From positions 1 to 30,478 of the forward strand of contig JBOHMK010000164.1 of the NCBI GenBank assembly GCA_050730115.1: 30,478 bases of DNA, read 5' to 3'. Below are positions 16,291-24,505 of this stretch, piece by piece; positions within the stretch are counted from its first letter, which is position 1, and each line of letters starts with the position of its first letter. Under the pieces are notes generated by a model, which saw only the letters and a program-made list of their open reading frames with translations, did not search any database and had not been told where the DNA came from. Origin of the DNA: Acetobacteraceae bacterium. GTDB lineage: Bacteria; Pseudomonadota; Alphaproteobacteria; Acetobacterales; Acetobacteraceae. The position numbers and the translations under genes are program-made.

Positions 16291-17247
16291 TCAGGCTCCG
16301 AGCGGCGTGTTGATGACGGCGAGCTCAGCCTTGCCCGGCACGTAGGAGATATCGGCGGTGCCAAGCATTTGCTTCAGCCGGTTGTCGGCGACCTTGAACG
16401 GTCCCGGATGCGCCGGCGGAGCGCCTGGGGTCTCCTGCGGGAAGGCGGTCGAGCGCGCGGTATGGAAAGCGACGTGGCCTTCCACCTTCTGCACGATCTG
16501 GTGGATATGGCCGTTCAGAACGGTCGCCGATCCGAACGGCTTGAGCAGTGCCAGAACCTCTGCCGCTGCGTCCGTTCCCCAGCCCCATCTCGGATAGACC
16601 TGCCAGAGCGGCATATGCGCCATGACGACGATCGGCTGGCTGGCCGGCCGGGCGGCAAGGTCCTTCTTCAGCCAGGCGAACTGCTCCGCTCCGATATGGC
16701 CGAGCCCGCCCGGGCCGATGTCGCTCACGTTATCGAGCCCGATGAAATGCACGCCGGCAGCATCGAAGCTGTACCAGCGGCCTTTTCCGGTGCCGAAACG
16801 AGGGAAGAAGTTCTTGCCGTTATCGGCGAGAATGTCGTGCTCGCCGGGTACGTAATATGTGTGCAGCCCGGCCTCTTTGTTGATCTGCAACGCGGTATCG
16901 AACTGGGCGTCTTTCGAGGTGTGGCTGACATCGCCGGTATGGATCATGAAGGCCGCGTTTCGCGCCGCCGCCTTCACTTCGCCGATCGCCTGGCGGAGTG
17001 TGGCCGTCACGTCGAGGTTGGCCGGACCATGAAAGCCGATATGGCTGTCACTGATCTGCACGAAGCTGAAGCTGCCGCTGCTCGCGCTCGCAGCCTCGGC
17101 AGGTTGCGTCAGCATCCGCGAACGCGGCACGCCGCCGACAACCGTCCACAGGACTCCGGTGCCGGCCCACAACATGCATTCCAGCAAGCGCCGCCGCCCG
17201 GATTCAGGCTTCTGTTCCGGTGCCGCGTCGATCCCGATCCTGGTCAT
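16291..17247 (-). CDS. Tat-exported metallophosphoesterase (calcineurin-like, CpdA-like)
   Basis: GRRRLL twin-arginine-like signal; DSH, HTGD, GEHD, AHMP, NGHIH motifs. Confidence 0.92.
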   Translation of the reverse strand: MTRIGIDAAPEQKPESGRRRLLECMLWAGTGVLWTVVGGVPRSRMLTQPAEAASASSGSFSFVQISDSHIGFHGPANLDVTATLRQAIGEVKAAARNAAFMIHTGDVSHTSKDAQFDTALQINKEAGLHTYYVPGEHDILADNGKNFFPRFGTGKGRWYSFDAAGVHFIGLDNVSDIGPGGLGHIGAEQFAWLKKDLAARPASQPIVVMAHMPLWQVYPRWGWGTDAAAEVLALLKPFGSATVLNGHIHQIVQKVEGHVAFHTARSTAFPQETPGAPPAHPGPFKVADNRLKQMLGTADISYVPGKAELAVINTPLGA

Positions 17248-17281
17248 GTCGAAGCCCTCTCTTTGCTGATCAGTAACGAGA

Positions 17282-17309
17282 AGACCCGGCACGCTGGCGC
17301 TTTATTCTC
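17282..17309 (-). promoter_or_regulatory. Candidate ECF-type promoter of the metallophosphoesterase-cupredoxin-sigma operon
   Basis: Minus strand GAGAATAAA-N15-GTCT preceded by an AAATTTTTTT tract, about 35 bp upstream of ATG 17247. Confidence 0.55.
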
Positions 17310-17335
17310 GGCTCCCGAAAAAAATTTGAAGCGGG

Positions 17336-19333
17336 TCAGGCCCGCCGGCGGGCCGCCCGGCGCTCGATGCTGTCGTCGAGCGCCGCCAGCGGGCCGAAGC
17401 CGCGCCGCTCCGCAACCCACGCGAGCATCACCTCGGCGAGGGCCGGGTTCCTGGCCAGGATGGGTCCGTGCAGGTACGTGCCGATCGTGTGCCCGAACAG
17501 GATTCCTTCCTGCTCGCTTCCCTCCGGCCCATTGCCGTTGCCCCAGAGCACGCGGCCAAGCGGCACCCCATCGGCCAGCAGGGCGCTGTGCCCGCCATGA
17601 TTCTCGAACCCGACCAGAGGCTCGGGCACGAGCGGAGAGGCAACCCCGATCGGCCCGACCAGGCGTGGGCTGCCGCCGCGCGTCGTGAAAGGCAGGAGAC
17701 CAAGCCCGGCGATTTCGCGGCCTTCGAGCGGCAGCGATTCGCCATAGAGCTGATAGCCGCCGCACACCAGGAGCGCCGGCACCCCATCGGCGAGCATTGC
17801 CTTGAGATCGGCGCGCATCGCGCGGAGCGCTTCGAGCGCCAGGGCCTGGCCGCGATCCTCGCCGCCGCCGAACAGCAGCAGGTCGCAATCGCGAGCGAGC
17901 CGATCCCCCGGCCCGATCCTCGTCACGCTGGCGCCGATGCCGCGCCATTCGAGCCGCCGTTGCAGCACCACCGCATTGCCGCTGTCCGCATAGGTGCCGA
18001 GCTGCTCGGGGAAGAGGAGTGCGATTCTGATGTGGTGCGAAACATTTCGGTGGCGCGGCCGCTCAGGCAGCCGGCCTCGTTCTTCGCTCGCCTTCGCGCG
18101 GGCCGTGGGCGGGTGGCGGATCAGTCCGAGTGCCGCCGGCAGTGTCGTATAGGTCGCCACCACCACCAGCCGGCCACCAGCTTCCGTGGCGGCGAGTGCG
18201 GCGGCGAAGGCCGCGGCCGGCTGGTCATAGAGGCGGGCTTCCTCGACCTGAGATTCGTAGCGCAGGCGGATCAGCATTTCCCGCCGCCGCTCACCCGCAA
18301 TCGTTGCCTTCCTCACCGGCGCCAGATTGATGTCCCAGAGCCAAGAGACGTCGCGCCCGTCCGCGACCCGGTTATTGATCAGGAAAAGGTGCGTGTCCCC
18401 CGGATGCTGCGCCAAATTCCAGCTTACCGACGCCGGATTCTTGCCGAGCACGACCGTCACCTGCCGGTCCTCGATGGTGGCACTCGACCCCCGCCCTTCA
18501 ACCGGCGGCGGCCAGGTGGCGGGCCAGATCTCGAAGCCAAGCGCCCGGACGGCAGCGATGCCCGCGAGGGCGCTGTACGGATGGAGGGCGCGTGGCAACG
18601 GCGAGAGCTTTCTCCCGTTGACCACGAATCCGTCCGCCGAAACCTCGGCCGCGATATCGGCGTCGGGCGCGGCGAACCCGCAAGCGGGGCAGCGGTACTC
18701 GCCGAGCTGCGCGTAATAGCGCGCGCTGTAGTGGAGCAGTGCGCCGCAACGCGGACAATCCGTTCCGTCCGCCGGCACCTCGAGCGGTGCATGCAGCAGG
18801 CGGTAGATCAGCCTCCGCTTCGCTTCCAGGCTTGCCGTCAGCGGATCGTCTCCGTTCAGCACCAGCGTCGTCTCTGGCATCGCCGAGGCCGCCTGCTGCA
18901 GCACTCCCCTGACCTTCGCGACCTCGCCGTAGCGGTCAAGCTGATCACGAAAGAGGCCGGTCACCACCAGCGCCTGCGGCGCCACGATCGGCGCCACGTG
19001 CGGCAGCGTCAGCTCGTCCACTTCGAGCACCAGCGTGTCGCCCGCCGGCTCGAGCAGCGCCGCCGCCAGCCCCTGCCTGAGATTGGCGCCTTTCGCATTA
19101 CTGGCGACCGTTTTGCCTCTTTCCCGCAGCAATGCCGTGATCATCGCCACTGTCGAGGTCTTGCCGTTGGTCCCGGTGACGAGCAACCGATGCGGGTAAT
19201 TCCTGGCGCGCGAGAGGAAATCGGGGTCGAGCGCCAGCGCCACCCGCCCCGGCAGGCTGGTTCCACCGCTGCCGGCACTGAGCAAGCCCTGACGCACCAG
19301 TTTCGCAATCGGCCGGGCAAGGATTTTCGTCAT
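17336..19333 (-). CDS. murT-gatD: MurT-GatD fusion (lipid II isoglutaminyl synthase-like; Mur ligase/DUF1727 plus CobQ-type glutaminase)
   Basis: MurT: VTGTNGKTST, VLEVDE, LFRDQLDRYGE, CPRC...CPAC, KNPAS, ADGRDVSWLWD. GatD: LGTYADSGN, GGGED, VCGGYQL, GFENHGG, GTYLHGPILARNP. All in one continuous 665-aa frame. Confidence 0.92.
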   Translation of the reverse strand: MTKILARPIAKLVRQGLLSAGSGGTSLPGRVALALDPDFLSRARNYPHRLLVTGTNGKTSTVAMITALLRERGKTVASNAKGANLRQGLAAALLEPAGDTLVLEVDELTLPHVAPIVAPQALVVTGLFRDQLDRYGEVAKVRGVLQQAASAMPETTLVLNGDDPLTASLEAKRRLIYRLLHAPLEVPADGTDCPRCGALLHYSARYYAQLGEYRCPACGFAAPDADIAAEVSADGFVVNGRKLSPLPRALHPYSALAGIAAVRALGFEIWPATWPPPVEGRGSSATIEDRQVTVVLGKNPASVSWNLAQHPGDTHLFLINNRVADGRDVSWLWDINLAPVRKATIAGERRREMLIRLRYESQVEEARLYDQPAAAFAAALAATEAGGRLVVVATYTTLPAALGLIRHPPTARAKASEERGRLPERPRHRNVSHHIRIALLFPEQLGTYADSGNAVVLQRRLEWRGIGASVTRIGPGDRLARDCDLLLFGGGEDRGQALALEALRAMRADLKAMLADGVPALLVCGGYQLYGESLPLEGREIAGLGLLPFTTRGGSPRLVGPIGVASPLVPEPLVGFENHGGHSALLADGVPLGRVLWGNGNGPEGSEQEGILFGHTIGTYLHGPILARNPALAEVMLAWVAERRGFGPLAALDDSIERRAARRRA

Positions 19334-19345
19334 CGGGCCGACCGC

Positions 19346-20347
19346 TCAGGAAATGGCACCAACCTTTTCGGCCGGCACAGCCGAGCCGGCAGATTCCGGT
19401 GGCCGGAGCGTGCAATCCGCGTCAATTCGGTAAATCCTGGCGGCGTTGTCATGGAAGAGGGCACGCTGCTCTCCGGCTGGCCGATCTGCAACCGCGGCCC
19501 GGAACCCCGCGTAGATCGTGCGGAAGCCCGCGACCAGCCGATCCACCGGATAGTTGCTTGCGAACATCGTTCGCCCCGCCCCGAAGATCCCGATAGCGTC
19601 CCGGATCACCGTCCGGTTCGTCGCTCGATCCCACTTCCCGCCGGCCTGCCCGAGCCCGGAGATTTGCAGCGAGACGTTGGGTTCCCAGGCCACTTTCTCG
19701 AGCGCAGCGCGCCATGCCACGAGCCCCTCCGGGCTGCGGTCGGAGGGCAGAAACGCGTGCTCGATGATGATCAACGTCTCCGGAAAGTCGCGTGCGAGTT
19801 CGCGCGCCGCGTCGGCGTGCCAGAACGGAGTCTGGAGATCGAACGAGAGATCATGCCGTGCCAGAAGTGCGAAGCCGGCCCGCCAGCGCGGATCATCCAT
19901 CGAGCCCTTCGCGCCGCGCCCGGCGGCGGCCGCGCTCGGGGCCGCGCGCGGCTGGTGGCGGACGCCTCGCACCAACGGGAATTCGCTGAGCCCGGCCAGG
20001 ACCTCCCTGACATCCTCGCGATCGAGACGAGCCTGCGCCACCGAGACGCTCGGCAGGCCGTATCGGGCGCTCAGAGCCGCGAGCCACCGCTGCTCGCCTA
20101 TGGGATCTTCAGGATCCCATTCCGCCTCCACGTGCACCGTTGCCGCCACCGTGAAACCGGCGCAATCGCTGCGGTAATCGGCCGGGAGATAATTTCGCCT
20201 GAGCGGTCGCGTGTTGCCATAGCGGAACGGCGGCAGCGGTTCGTCCTGCAACCAGGGATAGCGGTGGCGGGTCAGATCCCAGAAATGCTGGTGCGCATCG
20301 ACGATTGGCCCGATCACCACCGCACCCGTGCCCTCGGATTCGCTCAT
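19346..20347 (-). CDS. Amidohydrolase family protein, COG3618 sugar-lactonase-like
   Basis: IVDAHQHFWD, VHVEA, VRGVRH, LSFDLQ, IIEH, MFASNYPV, NAARIYRI; GAAGG RBS before ATG 20347. Confidence 0.88.
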   Translation of the reverse strand: MSESEGTGAVVIGPIVDAHQHFWDLTRHRYPWLQDEPLPPFRYGNTRPLRRNYLPADYRSDCAGFTVAATVHVEAEWDPEDPIGEQRWLAALSARYGLPSVSVAQARLDREDVREVLAGLSEFPLVRGVRHQPRAAPSAAAAGRGAKGSMDDPRWRAGFALLARHDLSFDLQTPFWHADAARELARDFPETLIIIEHAFLPSDRSPEGLVAWRAALEKVAWEPNVSLQISGLGQAGGKWDRATNRTVIRDAIGIFGAGRTMFASNYPVDRLVAGFRTIYAGFRAAVADRPAGEQRALFHDNAARIYRIDADCTLRPPESAGSAVPAEKVGAIS

Positions 20348-20555
20348 CCTTCGGTCTTTTTCCACCTCCAGGCGGTCTTGTATCATATGCGCAACGATAA
20401 CGCAACCTCGGCATCGATGCGCGTGCCGCCGCGGAAAGAAGCCTAAGGGCGAGAAACCTCTGGCATGTCGGCTTGCGATCGGCTTTCTCTGGATGGGGCC
20501 CGGCATGGCCAGGCCGCCGGTTCGGGAGTTGCGCCATGCGCACAAGGGGCGAAAA

Positions 20556-21191
20556 GTGACGAGTGAAACTGCGATGCGGGAGGCGATCTGCCGGCTCGGC
20601 CGGAGTCTCTTTCGCCGCGGTCTGACCTTCGGAACGTCCGGCAACATCAGCGTGCGTCTCGAAGATGGCTGGCTGATCACGCCGACCAATGTCGGCCTCG
20701 ATGATCTCGACCCTGCACGCCTCGCCCGACTCGATGCCGCCGGCCGGCTTGCCGGCGGCGATACGCCCACCAAGGAGAGTTTTCTGCACCGGGTGATGTA
20801 CGAGGAGCGGCCGGACGCACTGGCCGTGGTGCATCTCCACTCCACCCATGCCGTCGCGGTTTCCTGCCTTGCCGATATCGATCCGGCCGACGTTTTGCCG
20901 GCGATCACCGCCTATTACCTGATGCGGGTTGGCCGCCTGCCGCTCATTCCCTATTTTCCGCCCGGCGACGCGGGGCTTGCCGAGGCGGTGCGCCCGTTGG
21001 CGTCCCGCCATCATGCGGTGCTGCTCGCCAATCACGGCCCGGTCGTGGCCGGAACCTCGCTTTCCGCCGCCGCGGCGGCGATCGAGGAACTGGAGGAAAC
21101 GGCAAAGCTCCATATCCTCCTGCAAGGCCATCGCGTCCGGCATCTCGATGCGGCGGAAGTGGCGGAGATCCGCCGCCGTTTCGGCGGCTGA
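20556..21191 (+). CDS. otnC: Class II aldolase family protein, 3-oxo-tetronate 4-phosphate decarboxylase-like
   Basis: EAICRLGRSLFRRGLT, GNISVR, PTKESFLH, VVHLHSTH, LLANHGP, EELEETAKL; GTG start at 20556. Confidence 0.8.
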   Translation: MTSETAMREAICRLGRSLFRRGLTFGTSGNISVRLEDGWLITPTNVGLDDLDPARLARLDAAGRLAGGDTPTKESFLHRVMYEERPDALAVVHLHSTHAVAVSCLADIDPADVLPAITAYYLMRVGRLPLIPYFPPGDAGLAEAVRPLASRHHAVLLANHGPVVAGTSLSAAAAAIEELEETAKLHILLQGHRVRHLDAAEVAEIRRRFGG

Positions 21192-24100
21192 TGGAACCGG
21201 CGCGCCCGCTGCCGGCGTCGGGCCAGATCCTCGAGGGCCCGCTCTTCAGCGAGCGGACGCGCGTCGAGACCGCCAAAGCGAACGGTGCCTCGGGCTGGTC
21301 GCTCGGCCTCGTCGGCCTCGCCTCCGAGCGTTTCGTGAACGTCACACTCTCGTCCGCGGATCTGGCCCGGCTCACGATCATCGATCCGGCACGATCCTTC
21401 GACGGCGACGGCCGCCTGCTCCGGCTCGGCCTGCAGGCCTACGCGCTCGGCATCGCCTGGGAATTCGACCCCTGTTTCGGGCTCTCGGTCTCCCGGGTCG
21501 ATCCGCTGCCGCACCAGCTCGAAGCGGTGTACGATCATCTGCTCAAGCTGGCGCGCGTGCGCTTTTTGCTCGCCGACGACGCCGGCGCGGGCAAGACGAT
21601 CATGTCCGGCCTCCTGATCCGTGAGCTCCGGCTCCGCGGCCTCGCCGAGCGCATCCTGATCGTCTGCCCCGCCAACCTCGCGTTCCAGTGGCAGCGCGAG
21701 CTCAAGGAGAAGTTCGACACCCAATTCGTGGTGATGAAGGGGGGCGACATCCGCGAGCAGTTCGGCGTCAACCAGTGGCTCGAGCAGAAGCGCGTGATCA
21801 CCTCGCTCGACCTCGCCAAGCGCCCGGACATCCTCTCTGGTCTGAAGCAGGTGCGCTGGGACCTTGTGATCATCGACGAGGCGCATCGCATGTCGGCCGC
21901 CGACCCGGCGCACAAAAGCCAACGCTATCGGCTGGGTGAGCTGCTGCGCGATTCCTCGGATCATCTGCTGTTGCTGACTGCGACCCCGCACCGGGGCGAT
22001 TCGGAAACTTTCAGCCTGTTCCTTCAGCTTCTCGATGCCGACGCCTATGCCGACGTGACATCGATCCGCCAGGCGATGGCCGAACGGCGGGCGCCATTCT
22101 ATCTCCGCCGCACCAAGGAGGCGATGGTCTATTTCCCCGAACGGCAGTCGGATGGCACCTGGGCGAGCGCGCCGATCTTCACGAAGCGCATTCCGCACAC
22201 CGTCGCATTCTCGATCGACGGGGCCGAGTTCATGCTCTACGACGAGGTGAGCCGCTTCGTGAAGCACCAGAGTGCCCGCGCCGCCGCGGCCGATGACCCG
22301 CGCTCCCGCGCCGTCGGCTTTCTGATGTCGCTCTATCAGCGTCGGCTCGCCTCCTCGACCTTCGCGCTCCGCCGCTCGCTCGAGAAGCGCGCGAGAAGGC
22401 TCGACGAGAGGCTCGGCAAGGCAGAGGCATTGGCCCGCGTCGCACCGGTGAGCCTGCCGGACCCCGAGGACATCGAGGAGATGGAGGAGAGCGAGCGCGA
22501 CCGGATCGAGGGCCTGGTGGAAGCGGTCACACTGGCGGGGAGCGCTGCCGAGGTGCGGTCCGAGATCGCGGATCTCAGCCGCCTTGCCGCCGCGGCCCGC
22601 GCCGTCGAGGAGGCCGGTAGCGAGGCGAAGCTTTCGCGTCTTCAAGAAATTTTGCGGGCGGAAGGGTTTTTCGCTTGCTCCGAGCGGCGGCTGTTGGTCT
22701 TCACCGAATTCAGGGACACGCTCGAATATCTCGTCGAGAAGCTGACAGCCTGGGGCTTTCGCACCGGCGCCATTCACGGCGGCATGAATCCGGGCTCCCG
22801 CGAAGAGCCCGGCACACGCCTTTATGCCGAGCAGCAGTTCCGCGAAGGCGCCATCCAGGTCCTGGTTGCGACCGAGGCGGCCGGCGAAGGCATCAACCTC
22901 CAGGTCTGCAACGTCCTTTTCAACTACGATATCCCCTGGAATCCGAACCGGCTCGAGCAGCGGATGGGGCGCATCCATCGCTATGGCCAGCGCCAGGACT
23001 GCCTGATCTTCAACTTCCTCGCCGCCAATACGGTTGAGGGCCGCATCCTCCGCCGGCTGCTCGAAAAGCTGAGCGAGATTCGTAACGCGCTCGACGATGA
23101 CGCGGTCTTCAACGTTGTCGGCGAAGTTCTGCCAGCCGCGCAGATCGAGCGCATCCTGCGCGACTATTACGCCGGCCATCTCGGCGGTGAAGACCTCGAA
23201 GGCCGCCTGCTGCGCAACGTCGATGAAAGCCATTTCCGCGCCATTTGCGAGCACGCCCTCGAAGGGCTGGCGACGAAAAATCTCAATCTCGGGATGCTGG
23301 TGGAACGGCGGGCACGGGCCCGGGAGCGCCGCCTGGTCCCCGAAACGATTGCCCGCTTCCTCGCCGCAGCCGCCCCGGTGATTCCGCTTGCTCTCAAGCC
23401 GGCCGGACCTCAGCACAGCTTCGAGGCGATCCGCACGCCTGCGGTGCTGCTGCGTTACGAACACGATCAGAGCTGGAAGCTCACCCCTCTCGCCAGCCGC
23501 TATCCGCGTTGGACGACGGACCGCGAGACGGCGGCGAAACAGAATTTCGAATGGGTGACCCCCGGTCATCCGCTGTTCGAGGCCGTGCGGCGGCATGTCT
23601 GGTCGGAGGCCGAGGCGGCGCTCGCGAAAGGCGCCACTTTTTATTCATTGCAGCACGAACGCCCCGCACGAGTCGATTTCTATCGCGCGCGCGTCGTGGA
23701 CGGGGTCGGGCACGTGATCCGCGAGCGGCTGTTTGCCGTAGAGCTCGGAGAGGACGAAGGCGCGAAGCTCGTCGAGCCTGCGCTCCTTGGCAACTTCCAA
23801 CCGGCGCTGCCGCCCGCCATCCTTCCGCCCGTGGCGACCGCATCCGAGGCGATCGATTTCCTCCATGCCCAGGCCCTCGCGGCCCTTCTCGCCGAAGCGC
23901 GGCGCGACCGGGAGGCCGAGATCGAACGCATCGCCAGGCACCTCGAGCTGTCGCTCACCGCACTGCTGGAGCGCGTGGATGACGAGATCGGCCGTGCCGC
24001 TCAGGACGTAGAGCAGAAGCTTCCCGGTGCGGAAGGCAGGCTCGCCCAGACCGAGCTGCGCCACGCCGAGCTCATGGCCCGGCGTGCGCGCCGCCGGAGC

Positions 24101-24505
24101 GAGCTCGAACGCGAGGCCGCGCTCACCCTGCAGTCAGTGGAGTGGCTGGCGAGTGTGCTCATCCTCCCGCATCCCGAGCGGGCAGCGGGGAGGGAGCCCA
24201 CGGACGTCTCGGCGAGCAATCTCGGCTACGACATCACGAGCCTCGATCATTCCTCCGGCGAACTCAGGCTGATCGAGGTGAAGGGCATCGGCGGCGAGAC
24301 CGGCACCGTTCTCCTCACTCCGAACGAGCGCCGTGTCGCCGAAGACCGGCGCGACTGCTATTGGCTCTACGTCGTCACCGAATGCGATTCGGAACCGCGC
24401 TTGCAGAAGCCCATGCAGGATCCCGCAGCACTCGCCTGGCAGGAGGTGCGCAAGGTCGCGCACTATGCGCTTTCGATCGGCGCGCTCGCCGGGGGCAGCC
24501 GATGA
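21191..24505 (+). CDS. SNF2/RapA-like SF2 helicase with C-terminal DUF3883 (PD-(D/E)xK-type) domain
   Basis: LPHQ, LADDAGAGKT, IIDEAH, TATPH, GEGINLQ, LEQRMGRIHRYGQ; C-terminal GYDI...LIEVKG...LTPNE...YWLYVV. Confidence 0.93.
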   Translation: MEPARPLPASGQILEGPLFSERTRVETAKANGASGWSLGLVGLASERFVNVTLSSADLARLTIIDPARSFDGDGRLLRLGLQAYALGIAWEFDPCFGLSVSRVDPLPHQLEAVYDHLLKLARVRFLLADDAGAGKTIMSGLLIRELRLRGLAERILIVCPANLAFQWQRELKEKFDTQFVVMKGGDIREQFGVNQWLEQKRVITSLDLAKRPDILSGLKQVRWDLVIIDEAHRMSAADPAHKSQRYRLGELLRDSSDHLLLLTATPHRGDSETFSLFLQLLDADAYADVTSIRQAMAERRAPFYLRRTKEAMVYFPERQSDGTWASAPIFTKRIPHTVAFSIDGAEFMLYDEVSRFVKHQSARAAAADDPRSRAVGFLMSLYQRRLASSTFALRRSLEKRARRLDERLGKAEALARVAPVSLPDPEDIEEMEESERDRIEGLVEAVTLAGSAAEVRSEIADLSRLAAAARAVEEAGSEAKLSRLQEILRAEGFFACSERRLLVFTEFRDTLEYLVEKLTAWGFRTGAIHGGMNPGSREEPGTRLYAEQQFREGAIQVLVATEAAGEGINLQVCNVLFNYDIPWNPNRLEQRMGRIHRYGQRQDCLIFNFLAANTVEGRILRRLLEKLSEIRNALDDDAVFNVVGEVLPAAQIERILRDYYAGHLGGEDLEGRLLRNVDESHFRAICEHALEGLATKNLNLGMLVERRARARERRLVPETIARFLAAAAPVIPLALKPAGPQHSFEAIRTPAVLLRYEHDQSWKLTPLASRYPRWTTDRETAAKQNFEWVTPGHPLFEAVRRHVWSEAEAALAKGATFYSLQHERPARVDFYRARVVDGVGHVIRERLFAVELGEDEGAKLVEPALLGNFQPALPPAILPPVATASEAIDFLHAQALAALLAEARRDREAEIERIARHLELSLTALLERVDDEIGRAAQDVEQKLPGAEGRLAQTELRHAELMARRARRRSELEREAALTLQSVEWLASVLILPHPERAAGREPTDVSASNLGYDITSLDHSSGELRLIEVKGIGGETGTVLLTPNERRVAEDRRDCYWLYVVTECDSEPRLQKPMQDPAALAWQEVRKVAHYALSIGALAGGSR

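Noticed and set aside
17336..18040. Cobyric acid synthase CobQ and a cobalamin locus (together with the CobW-like gene)
   Set aside because: The glutaminase is fused to a Mur-ligase/DUF1727 domain diagnostic of MurT, and no cob genes are present.
17468..20446. 992-aa plus-strand ORF
   Set aside because: Antisense shadow of murT-gatD and the amidohydrolase; Arg-rich with no motifs, as expected in high-GC DNA.
24142..24501. N-terminal extension of the methylase in the ORF track (likewise 27138-27590 for DUF499, 3277-3495 for the reductase, 20348-20908 for the amidohydrolase)
   Set aside because: These overlap real neighbouring genes; ATGA-overlap or RBS-supported starts coincide with where family similarity begins.
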